From NCBI GenBank assembly GCA_030587475.2, contig JAUQYZ020000154.1, positions 1 to 29,627 on the forward strand: DNA of 29,627 nucleotides. The letters run 5' to 3'. Position 1 is the stretch's first letter, and each line of letters starts with the position of its first letter. The translations under genes were made by a program, and so were the position numbers. The DNA comes from Candidatus Sigynarchaeum calidifontis (GTDB lineage Archaea > Asgardarchaeota > Lokiarchaeia > Sigyniarchaeales > Sigyniarchaeaceae). Under the pieces are notes generated by a model that was not told where the DNA came from, did not search any database, and saw only the letters and a program-made list of their open reading frames with translations. Shown here piece by piece: positions 1 to 8,505 of the stretch.

Positions 1-55
1 CGCGCGTTTAGGTCTATCTTGACATCTCCCAGGATCGGTAACCCGGGCAACCTAC

Positions 56-101
56 AAAACCCGGGCCCCCTTACGCGGGATGATCGCGCCGGGGCCCCGG
101 G
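56..101 (-). terminator. GC-rich hairpin followed by a T run on the minus strand, just downstream of the 113..970 gene
   Basis: CCCGGGCCCC (60-69) pairs with GGGGCCCCGGG (91-101) with one bulge; inner CGCG/CGCG stem; minus strand continues TTTT (56-59). Confidence 0.35.
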
Positions 102-112
102 CTTATTGGCAT

Positions 113-970
113 TCAGCGAGGGGATCCCTGGAGCACCTCGCCATCCGGCATCGTGATCTTCTCCTCGGCCCGCACGAGCTTGTCGGTCCGGGGGAAATGT
201 TTCGCTGCCCATTCGTCTTGGAGCAGCTTTTTCCTCGCGTGAACCGATTTCATAATAATGAATATCGCGATGCCGCCACATGCCCCAAAGAGGAGGCCTA
301 AAAATCCGTCAACCGTCAAGTAACTGAGGAGCCCGTAACCCTCGAAGGAGAGCACGAGCGCCAGGAACGTGAGGAGCCAGAGGGCAATCACGGCCTTTCG
401 CGAGAAAATGCGCTTGAAGGTGGGACTTATATCCCAAAGAGGCGTGTCCTTTCTTTCCGAATGGCTCGCTTTCAAGTAAATGCCATGCGCAGCAGCAAGG
501 CTGGCCTGGCACACGAAACCAGCGCCGGTCGTGTACAAGACGATGAAGAGAAAGGTCTCCTCCTCAGCGAGGGCGACATTCGGGTAATAGAAATAGACGA
601 GGTAGATAAAGGCGATGACCATCACGGCGAAGGTTATCAAGGCTTTCCTCGAGGGCGCCACGAGAGCACTGGCCATGATAAATGCCGTGCCCAGGAACCC
701 GAGCAAGATAAGTTCCCCGAGCCAATGCATGACATTCCCGTAGCGGAACACGCCGATGAACAGTTCCTTGACGACCGTGTCCCAGAACAACAAGCCGAAC
801 GACGCGAGCACCATGAAAGCGAAGGCGCGGAGGCCCTTCACGACGATGCAGTTATAGCTCTCACCGGGCGCGTGTGCTTTCTCGGCCCAGGACGTGGTGA
901 TCACGACGCCCATCATTATGACGAGGGCCATGACCTGGCCAAAAATATGCGTGGCAAGGATCATCCCCAT
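113..970 (-). CDS. Polytopic integral membrane protein of unknown function (about 7-8 TM segments)
   Basis: Long ORF with repeated hydrophobic stretches; ATG at 970 overlaps the upstream TGA (TGATG coupling); the ORF track uses TTG at 973. Confidence 0.8.
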   Translation of the reverse strand: MGMILATHIFGQVMALVIMMGVVITTSWAEKAHAPGESYNCIVVKGLRAFAFMVLASFGLLFWDTVVKELFIGVFRYGNVMHWLGELILLGFLGTAFIMASALVAPSRKALITFAVMVIAFIYLVYFYYPNVALAEEETFLFIVLYTTGAGFVCQASLAAAHGIYLKASHSERKDTPLWDISPTFKRIFSRKAVIALWLLTFLALVLSFEGYGLLSYLTVDGFLGLLFGACGGIAIFIIMKSVHARKKLLQDEWAAKHFPRTDKLVRAEEKITMPDGEVLQGSPR

Positions 971-2256
971 CAAGGCACACCCCCGAGTAATAGATCTGCC
1001 TTCGAGCCGTTTCGCACGAGCGTGAACGATTCGATGAGACTATTTTCCTCCGAACGCGTTTCCACGACGAGCCTATCGATCTCGAATCGTACCGTCGTGT
1101 AACTCGGGCCGACATTAATGAACTGGCTTTCTGGCACGATGTTGAATCCGGTATCTTGCATCCCGCCGCCGCCAGCTAGGCACAGGTAGGTATGGCCGTT
1201 CATTAGAAATCTTTCATAATGATGATCGTGGCCGTACATGACTAGGGAAACATTATATGATTCAACAATGGGCCGGATGCGAGCGATAAAATCTGGATGA
1301 TTTCCGAGCGAGGAGAATAAGCTCCGATGAAACACGAGGATCCGGAACGCCTTGTCTTGTCCATTCTTGAGAGTCTGGTTGAGCCAACCCGATTGATTCA
1401 TCAACGCGATGTTTTCTTGACTTCCCTCGCCGATTTCTCCCACGACGAACTGAACGTTGGACCAATTGAAGGAATAGAAGAAATGATTTGCCCACGGCCC
1501 TGTTTCATGCGAAAATCCGAAATATTTCAGGTACATAAAGTTTTCCATGTTACTGTAGTGGCCAGTCGCGGAATCAAACGTGGAATCGTGGTTGCCGATG
1601 GAGGGAACGGTTGGATAATGACGCATCCAGCTTTCGCTCTCACGCATGAACAAGTTCCAGTTGGCCTGGTTATCTGGTTCTTGGGCGAGGTCGCCCAATA
1701 CCGAGACAAAAGAGAGGTCCTCACGAGCGGCAATCGCGTTGGCAATTCGCTCGTAATGCCCGATGCCCCACATTTGCTGCGAGTCGGAGAAAAATGCCGC
1801 CGTGAACGGCAGCGGCGTGGCGGGGGCGGTCCAGAATGACCCGACCGGGCTGATATATGGGATTGTCAGGTTGACAGATTCCACGCGATAGTAGTACTTC
1901 GTGTTGGGTTGAAGGTTCACGAGCTTGGCTCGATACAAGGTCGGGAACATGGCAGAAGCTGTCACGTTGGTCGCGTTCACGACGAGCGTGCTTGGAGATT
2001 GGCCGAGCAATATTGAAGCATTCATGCTTTGGCTGTTCTCCCAGGTGATGTACATTTCTCGGGATGGATCCAACCCGTTAAAATGCGTGTAGGGATGCTT
2101 GTCGAACGGCACGGCATCCATGGCGAGCTGCGTGGTGAGGGCATACAAGAAGATGGGCGAAGCGACGACGAATATCACGCCGATGTTTCGGAGCTGGAAT
2201 AGAGTCATTTCGCGGGGGCTCCTGTGCTTCGTGCGGGATCCGATGTGCGGGAGCAT
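970..2256 (-). CDS. Membrane-anchored calcineurin-like metallophosphoesterase (purple acid phosphatase-like, with FN3-like N-terminal domain)
   Basis: N-terminal TM helix; FN3-like LQPNTKYYYRV; metal motifs FSDSQ, GDLAQ, GNHD, FHRS, GHDHHYER. Start uncertain (2256, 2208 or 2268). Confidence 0.85.
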   Translation of the reverse strand: MLPHIGSRTKHRSPREMTLFQLRNIGVIFVVASPIFLYALTTQLAMDAVPFDKHPYTHFNGLDPSREMYITWENSQSMNASILLGQSPSTLVVNATNVTASAMFPTLYRAKLVNLQPNTKYYYRVESVNLTIPYISPVGSFWTAPATPLPFTAAFFSDSQQMWGIGHYERIANAIAAREDLSFVSVLGDLAQEPDNQANWNLFMRESESWMRHYPTVPSIGNHDSTFDSATGHYSNMENFMYLKYFGFSHETGPWANHFFYSFNWSNVQFVVGEIGEGSQENIALMNQSGWLNQTLKNGQDKAFRILVFHRSLFSSLGNHPDFIARIRPIVESYNVSLVMYGHDHHYERFLMNGHTYLCLAGGGGMQDTGFNIVPESQFINVGPSYTTVRFEIDRLVVETRSEENSLIESFTLVRNGSKADLLLGGVP

Positions 2257-2476
2257 TGATTCGATCAACTCGTGACGAAGGGAATGGATTTTTTTTCGGG
2301 ATAAATGTACCGGGTGTTCTGTAGAATCGTGCGAAAAAAAGCATGCAGAACATCACGTGATGATACCATCCCAAAGGCTCAACATCATGCCTTGTTCTTG
2401 CTTGATGAAGCGCTGGAAGCATCGTAAAAACGACGTCATCAAAAGCTTGACCAAGTTCAATCTCGATTTGAGCGAT

Positions 2477-3106
2477 TTAACAGCGGAGGAGATGGCCCAA
2501 CTTTGTTTTTTTCGTCTGTAGATAAAAAACATTAGAAGGATTTGCAGGAACTTCGAGGGGGATTCTTTCAACCACGGAAATGCCGGAAGCGATCAAGGAC
2601 TCCACTTTCTTCGGGTTGTTGGTGAGCAGATTGATGCGTAGTACACCGAGATCCTTGAGAATACTCGCTGCTATTTTGTAATCGCGTGAATCCGCCGGGA
2701 AACCCATGATCTCGTTGGCTTCAACCGTGTCGTATCCCTCTTCCTGTAGTTTATAAGCGCGAAGCTTGTTCAGAAGGCCAATGCCGCGCCCTTCTTGCCG
2801 CAAGTAAATGAAAACGCCACGATCGCTATGTGCCAATAATTCTAATGCCCGCTCGAGCTGTGGCCCACAATCACATTGGAGTGATTTAAAAACGTCACCT
2901 GTCAAGCATTCTGAATGGATGCGAACAAGCACGGGTGGATCCGCCCTTGATAATTCCCCTCGCGTCAAGACAACGTGTGTCTCGCCGTCAGCGACGCTGG
3001 TGTAGGCGAGGAGCATGAAATCCCCGTACCTCGTTTTAAAGTGGGTGACCACTTCCCGCCGAACCGAAACATCCGAGGTGATCCCATCGGCATTCTCCAC
3101 GGACAT
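2477..3106 (-). CDS. ribA: GTP cyclohydrolase II (bacterial-type, stand-alone)
   Basis: VRIHSECLTGDVF, CDCGPQL (three Zn-ligating Cys), YLRQEGRGIGLLNKLRAY, LLTNNPKK, YLQTKKTKLGH; ATG at 3106 (alternative TTG at 3112). Confidence 0.95.
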   Translation of the reverse strand: MSVENADGITSDVSVRREVVTHFKTRYGDFMLLAYTSVADGETHVVLTRGELSRADPPVLVRIHSECLTGDVFKSLQCDCGPQLERALELLAHSDRGVFIYLRQEGRGIGLLNKLRAYKLQEEGYDTVEANEIMGFPADSRDYKIAASILKDLGVLRINLLTNNPKKVESLIASGISVVERIPLEVPANPSNVFYLQTKKTKLGHLLRC

Positions 3107-3293
3107 GTTCAAGACCGATTCTCGTATCCTTCAAGTTTCCATTTATTGAAACGAGCAATAACAACCTTGTTCAAGAGAGACGAATGGCTCCCATCTAGAG
3201 TGTAGACAGAACGTGCTTTACTGTTATATCGAGGAGATGCGTCGAAATCGTACACCGGCGAAGATCCGGGCAATAATACTAGAATCACATGTT

Positions 3294-3308
3294 GAAAAGG
3301 ATTTTTAG
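3294..3308 (+). promoter_or_regulatory. Putative BRE/TATA promoter of the amidohydrolase-cofG-cofH operon
   Basis: GAAAAGG-ATTTTTAG ending about 21 nt upstream of GTG 3330, consistent with a near-leaderless archaeal transcript. Confidence 0.45.
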
Positions 3309-3329
3309 TTCCAGAACACTTACGCACCC

Positions 3330-4502
3330 GTGAATTCCGGCGGAATATTTGTCAAGTATGCCTTGCTTGGCAATGAAATGGAGCTGGCGGAGGACGTCTA
3401 TCTAGAATGGGACGATACGGGGCGATTTAGTCGTATCGAGCCACACAACCGTTGTAGCGAGGTCCGGGGCGCTCTTGCAATTCCAGCCTTTATCAACGCG
3501 CACACGCATGTCGCGGATGCCTTCGCAAAGGATCTCGGCATAAACATGCCGCTGGCAGCCGTGGTTGCACCACCGGATGGCTTGAAGCACCGATTGCTTC
3601 GGAGCACGCCGAAAGAACGGATCCAACAAGCTATCGCTGATAGCTTGAAAATGATGCGTGCCGGCGGCATTCGAGCATTTGCCGACTTTCGGGAAGGCGG
3701 GGTCTTGGGCGTGTCTTTGCTCGATGAAGTGTTGGATCCGTCCCTCCCTCGCAGCCACGTGTTCGCTCGATGGATTGAGAAAATCGACGAATTAACCACG
3801 ATCACGTCCAAAATTGCTGGTATCGGCATTTCATCTCCAAATGAATATACCTTGGAAGCCCTTGAAGAGGTTGCGCGGTATTGCAAGCTTCATGGTCTTC
3901 TCCTCGCTAGCCACGTGTCAGAAACGCCTCAAGCACGCCAGAAATCGATACAGAACCGAGGTATAACCGACACGGAACTCGTCTTGCAATATGGCGTCCA
4001 CACCATTCTCGTACATTTGACATGCGCTTCTGCTCGAGATATAGACCGTGCCATCGATGCGGGGGCAGGTATTGTGCTTTGCCCGAGATCCAACGCGATG
4101 CTCGCAGGAATGACACCCCCGATAGATCGACTCGTGGAGGCCAATAGCACCTTTGCACTAGGAACCGATAACGTGATGGTGTGTTCCCCCGATGCATGGC
4201 AAGAAATCCAATTCGCGATAAAACTTTTCAGAATACAGGCACCAGATAAACCAATCAATCCGGCATTCTGGTTTCGCACGGTCACTTTGCATCCTGCCAA
4301 GGCACTCCGGATCGACCAGTTCTGCGGTTCCTTATCGCTGGGCAAGCAAGCAGACATGTGCCTCGTGGCTATCCAGACCTGGAATCTAAAACCGGCACCG
4401 GCAGTTGTTGCAAACGTGCTTCTTCGTGGGGGCTGGGGCGACGTGGAGAGCGTTTATTATGGGGGAATCCCCGTGTGGAGGCAGGCCAGTCCGTGTCGCT
4501 AG
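3330..4502 (+). CDS. Metal-dependent amidohydrolase/deaminase (cytosine/guanine/SAH deaminase superfamily; archaeal VAPPDGLKHRLL subtype)
   Basis: PAFINAHTH (HxH), DFREGG, SHVSET (HxxE), LVHL, LCPRSN, LGTDN; 3' end overlaps the cofG start. Confidence 0.88.
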   Translation: MNSGGIFVKYALLGNEMELAEDVYLEWDDTGRFSRIEPHNRCSEVRGALAIPAFINAHTHVADAFAKDLGINMPLAAVVAPPDGLKHRLLRSTPKERIQQAIADSLKMMRAGGIRAFADFREGGVLGVSLLDEVLDPSLPRSHVFARWIEKIDELTTITSKIAGIGISSPNEYTLEALEEVARYCKLHGLLLASHVSETPQARQKSIQNRGITDTELVLQYGVHTILVHLTCASARDIDRAIDAGAGIVLCPRSNAMLAGMTPPIDRLVEANSTFALGTDNVMVCSPDAWQEIQFAIKLFRIQAPDKPINPAFWFRTVTLHPAKALRIDQFCGSLSLGKQADMCLVAIQTWNLKPAPAVVANVLLRGGWGDVESVYYGGIPVWRQASPCR

Positions 4503-5587
4503 AAGATCTAAAGGCTTGGTACAAGCAGCCGATGCATGACTTGATGAACCGCGCGGATCGGGCACGCCAGATGCACTTTGGCCAAAAAGTGACGTATTCC
4601 CGGAACTATAGTCTTGCCGTGTCCAATCATTGCCGAAACAATTGCGGGTACTGCGCGTTCCGGGCTCGAACCCCGGGCGTTTCCCCGAAGTTACTCATGC
4701 CGGTGGATATCGAGGCCGGCCTAACACGAGCACGTGATTCAAGATGTTGGGAAGTCCTTTTCATAACGGGCGAGGGCGGTTCGACAGATCCCGAAATTGA
4801 TGCCTTTCTCAAGACATCCGGATGGAAATGCATCGAAGAGTATTATTCATGGGCACTATCCGCGGCAATCTCGAAAGGGTTGCTCCCGCACAGCAATTTT
4901 GGACTTGTTAGCCGCGCGTGGCTCGCGCATTTCAAGCAATTGAATGCGAGCATGGGGTTGATGCTCGAAACCGTTTCCACATCGCTTTGCGATCGGGGCA
5001 TGCCCCACGAATTCAGCCCGGGGAAGCATCCCTCGTTAAGATTGCAATTTTTGGAATGGGCGGGGGAATTGCAAATACCCATCACCACGGGGCTCTTGAT
5101 TGGTGTTGGAGAGACCGTATCGAGCCGCCTGGAGAGCTTGCTGGCCATTTGGCACCTGCACCAGCGCTTTGGTCATATTCAAGAGGTAATACTCCAGAAT
5201 TTCGTACCGCATCAAGGAACCCCGCTAGAAAACTACCCGCCCCCACCGACAGAGGACTTGTTACGACTCGTTGCGGTTTCACGATTACTCTTCGGGAAAA
5301 GTGTTTCTATTCAAGTCGCCCCGAATCTCAACCCGGCGAGCATTCTCGATCTTGTACATGCCGGCGCAAACGACCTGGGAGGCATCAGTCCTGTAACGAT
5401 CGATCACGTGAATCCGAAAGAACCTTGGCCAAGTGCCGAGCATCTCGCAAAAATCCTATCCGAGGACGGGATTGATCTCGTCCCTCGCTTGCCCGTGTAC
5501 GATGCATTCATCTCTGACAAGTTTTTATCCCCGGCGATTTTACGCAACATTACAAGGATACAGGAATCGATGCGCGATGGATTCTGA
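4475..5587 (+). CDS. cofG: FO synthase subunit CofG (radical SAM)
   Basis: VTYSRN, CRNNCGYC (CxxxCxxC), GLLPHSN, NASMGLMLE, TTGLLIGVGET, GHIQEVILQNF, GANDLGGISPVTIDHVNP..PWP, RLPVY. Start GTG 4475 or 4493; the 4358 extension is unlikely. Confidence 0.93.
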   Translation: MEAGQSVSLEDLKAWYKQPMHDLMNRADRARQMHFGQKVTYSRNYSLAVSNHCRNNCGYCAFRARTPGVSPKLLMPVDIEAGLTRARDSRCWEVLFITGEGGSTDPEIDAFLKTSGWKCIEEYYSWALSAAISKGLLPHSNFGLVSRAWLAHFKQLNASMGLMLETVSTSLCDRGMPHEFSPGKHPSLRLQFLEWAGELQIPITTGLLIGVGETVSSRLESLLAIWHLHQRFGHIQEVILQNFVPHQGTPLENYPPPPTEDLLRLVAVSRLLFGKSVSIQVAPNLNPASILDLVHAGANDLGGISPVTIDHVNPKEPWPSAEHLAKILSEDGIDLVPRLPVYDAFISDKFLSPAILRNITRIQESMRDGF

Positions 5588-6695
5588 ATACACCTTTACG
5601 AGTTCTATCATCCACGACATCATCGCGGCTCACCAGCGGGGAGTGGAATTATCCGCCAAGGATGCCCTCACGCTCGCCGGTGCAGAGGGTGATGATCTGC
5701 GAGGGATTATGGCCTATGCGAATGACTTGTGCGTGGCTTCCCACGGAAAGCGGGTAAGCTTCGTGGTCAATCGCAATATCAACTTCACGAACGTGTGCAC
5801 CTTGCAATGCCATTTTTGCGCGTTTTCGGTTCCACCATGCGATCCACGGTCGTACTTGCTCTCGTTCGACGAGATCGCACGGAAGGTGATCGAGGCAAAG
5901 GCAAACCACTGCACCGAAGTGTGTATTCAAGGTGGTATCCACCCAGAAATCGATCTTGATTATTACATCGGTATCCTCCGTACCGTGAAGGAAATAGCCC
6001 CGGAGATTCATGTTCACGCGTTTTCTCCCCAAGAAATATATAATATGCTCCAGCGCTCTTCCCTTCCTTTGAATTCCCTCTTGAAGATGTTACAAGAAGC
6101 TGGCCTTGGTTCCATTCCGGGCACTGCGGCAGAGATACTCGTCGACGGGATCAGGCGAAAGCTTTGTCCCCGCAAGATCCAGACGGCACAATGGCGATCC
6201 ATCATCGTTGCGGCTCACCGGCTGGGAATTCCCACCACGAGCACCATCATGTTCGGTTCCATCGAGAATTGGGATGATCGATGTGCCCACCTCAATGAAA
6301 TTCGCAACATCCAGAAAGAAACAAAGGGATTTACTGAGTTCGTTCCACTCGTCTTTATTCCACCGTCTAATGCTTTCTGGAAGGGACAAGGCGTTGTAAC
6401 AACGAGCAAATCGGAGATCCTGAAGATCTATGCGATCGCGCGCATTTTTTTCCACGATACCATACCGAACATACAGACATCATGGGTGAAGCTCGGCCCT
6501 CCCCTCGCGCGAGAGACCCTGGATTGTGGCGTGAACGACTTTGGAGGCACCCTCATGGAGGAAAACATATCGAAAAGCGCCGGTGCAAAACACGGGGAGT
6601 TCCTCTCGCCAGATCAGATCAAGGAGTTGATCCGGGCAGCTGGTAAAGTACCCGTGCAGCGAACGACTGTATATGAAATGATTCAATCGTTTTGA
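5577..6695 (+). CDS. cofH: FO synthase subunit CofH (radical SAM)
   Basis: FVVNRNINFTNVCTLQCHFCAFS, TEVCIQGGIHP, IHVHAFSPQE, SIPGTAAEILVD, GFTEFVPL, NIQTSWVKLG, NDFGGTLMEENIS; ATG 5577 overlaps the cofG end, and adjacency to cofG favours CofH over MqnC/MqnE. Confidence 0.93.
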   Translation: MDSEYTFTSSIIHDIIAAHQRGVELSAKDALTLAGAEGDDLRGIMAYANDLCVASHGKRVSFVVNRNINFTNVCTLQCHFCAFSVPPCDPRSYLLSFDEIARKVIEAKANHCTEVCIQGGIHPEIDLDYYIGILRTVKEIAPEIHVHAFSPQEIYNMLQRSSLPLNSLLKMLQEAGLGSIPGTAAEILVDGIRRKLCPRKIQTAQWRSIIVAAHRLGIPTTSTIMFGSIENWDDRCAHLNEIRNIQKETKGFTEFVPLVFIPPSNAFWKGQGVVTTSKSEILKIYAIARIFFHDTIPNIQTSWVKLGPPLARETLDCGVNDFGGTLMEENISKSAGAKHGEFLSPDQIKELIRAAGKVPVQRTTVYEMIQSF

Positions 6696-6704
6696 TACTT
6701 CATT

Positions 6705-7418
6705 TCAAGGCGGGAGATCGTTTTTGCGTCTATATCGAAGAATCACGCAGTTATCGCGCGTCTCCACGTCATGCAATTGGAAAGTAGGCGCGTCTTTCAC
6801 GAGCCCGAAACCAGCACCCCCGACCAAGGTCGTCGCTGCTTGACCGCCTACAAGAACCGGCGCGATGCACAATCGGATCTCGTCGATCAAGCCAGCAGCG
6901 ACCATGCTCCAATTCAGTGACCCCCCGCCTTCAAGAAGGATCCTTCGAATACCTCGTTGCATCAAGTGATCAAGCATTCGGCGCACGTCGACGGGGGGAT
7001 TTTCGTTCACGATGATGATCTCCGCGCCACGTGCTTCCAGCGCGCGTTTACGTGCTGGATCAATTTGTTTTGTCGCGCAAATGATCGTGGGATAGAGAGG
7101 ATCATCGACCGGGAGCACGCGTGCGGTCGGGGGAGTGCGCCCCGTGCTGTCCACCACGACGCGGATGAGGGGGCTTGTTTTCGTGTAATATTTGACACGC
7201 AACGACGGGTCGTCGTGGAGAATCGTGTTGACGCCTACCATGATCGCGTCAACGGAGCTGCGGATTGCGTGCACTTGTCGCCAATCCGCATCGTCGGAGA
7301 ACTGGCTGTCGCCTGCGGTTGTACTGATCTTGGCATCGATAGACATCGCAGCGTTTAGGAGAATATAAGGCCGGTCCTGAGGGAGGGGGGAGAGCGGTTT
7401 CCATTCATCCACGGGCAT
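6705..7418 (-). CDS. arfC: 2,5-diamino-6-ribosylamino-4(3H)-pyrimidinone 5'-phosphate reductase (stand-alone RibD C-terminal domain, ArfC/Rib7 type)
   Basis: RPYILLNAAMSIDAKI, DAIMVGVNTILHDDPSL, RVVVDS.GRTP, ILLEGGGSLNWS, GLIDEI..IAPVLVGG; no N-terminal HAE/PCxxC deaminase domain. Confidence 0.88.
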   Translation of the reverse strand: MPVDEWKPLSPLPQDRPYILLNAAMSIDAKISTTAGDSQFSDDADWRQVHAIRSSVDAIMVGVNTILHDDPSLRVKYYTKTSPLIRVVVDSTGRTPPTARVLPVDDPLYPTIICATKQIDPARKRALEARGAEIIIVNENPPVDVRRMLDHLMQRGIRRILLEGGGSLNWSMVAAGLIDEIRLCIAPVLVGGQAATTLVGGAGFGLVKDAPTFQLHDVETRDNCVILRYRRKNDLPP

Positions 7419-7665
7419 GAAAATAACCTCGCCAAGTTATTCCGGGCAGTAAGATCATTCCGATTGTTCAATGCGTGCTCGGGTTTCTCGATTCTTCAAC
7501 AAGATAAAAGCGTTGGGATACCACGCAACAAGCACGGCACCTTTGGATCGGGGAAAGCAAGCAAATCATGAGCTATGTTTAATAGATAGAAGCATGTACA
7601 TGGGTTTGAAGAGCATGCTCTTGCGCGCTTTAACATCCTTTTCCAATTGCCATTAGGCGAATGAA

Positions 7666-8472
7666 GTGCCGGCATCCCTTGCGTTCTTGGAGCATAACCT
7701 GGCGGAGATCCGAGGATTGAACCAGCGTGGTGGCCGCATGCTCTCGATCATCGACTTGATATCTCGCGAGACCATCACCATCGACCTCGCGGCGTACTTG
7801 CTCGTGAAGATCCGCGGCGGTGCTTCCTTCTTGTGTTGTTCGATGCAAGGCGGCGTCGGGAAGACCACGCTGATGGGGGCCTTGCTTGGCCTTCTCCCGC
7901 CATCAGAGGAGATCGTAACCGTGGCCTCGGAAGCGGATCTCGGTATATTGCAGCGGCTAACAACGGATGGCAAACGGCGGAGTCTCGTGGTGCACGAGAT
8001 TGGATCGGGCTCATGGTATGGCTATCTTTGGGGGAAGCCCGTGCTTGATTATGTCCGTCTGAAGAATCCGACGACCCGGATCGTGTCCAACATCCACGCA
8101 GACGCGTTGGAAGATGTGACAGCGCAATTCATTTCGTTTGGGGGTACTGCAGCGGAAATGCTGGAGTTCGACCTCGTTTTGTTCATCACGCTGGGAAAGG
8201 GGAATGTCGGGGGCGAGCGCAGGCGCATCGTGAACGATATACTCGAAATCACGAGACAGCTAGACCATCGAGCCAATCGCGAAAAACCAGCACATTTCAG
8301 TAAATATTTCAGTAAATTGGATATCCAAGGCATCGGCTCGAAGTATGACCATGAGATTCGTGCCGCGAGGGAATTTCTTCAAGGATTGCTCGCGGAAAAC
8401 ACGATGTTGGTGGAGGAGGTAGCTGCTCGCGTCGCTGCATTCCACGATAGACTCGATAGAGTCGATCACTAG
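7666..8472 (+). CDS. P-loop ATPase, stand-alone catalytic domain of VirB11/CpaF/FlaI (type II/IV secretion ATPase) type
   Basis: Walker A-like SMQGGVGKTTLMGALL, Walker B-like LVVHEIG, His-box-like SNIHAD, C-terminal RRIV..I.E strand. Confidence 0.65.
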   Translation: MPASLAFLEHNLAEIRGLNQRGGRMLSIIDLISRETITIDLAAYLLVKIRGGASFLCCSMQGGVGKTTLMGALLGLLPPSEEIVTVASEADLGILQRLTTDGKRRSLVVHEIGSGSWYGYLWGKPVLDYVRLKNPTTRIVSNIHADALEDVTAQFISFGGTAAEMLEFDLVLFITLGKGNVGGERRRIVNDILEITRQLDHRANREKPAHFSKYFSKLDIQGIGSKYDHEIRAAREFLQGLLAENTMLVEEVAARVAAFHDRLDRVDH

Positions 8473-8505
8473 GAGAATTCTTAAAATGGCTTGAAAAAAC
8501 GACAT

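Noticed and set aside
3185-3270. FMN-riboswitch-like words on the minus strand upstream of ribA (GGATCTTCG ... CTCTAGATGGGAG)
   Set aside because: Span of about 80 nt is too short, the two GGTGAAATTCC-type T-loops are absent and the ends do not pair as P1; an Infernal search with the FMN model would settle it
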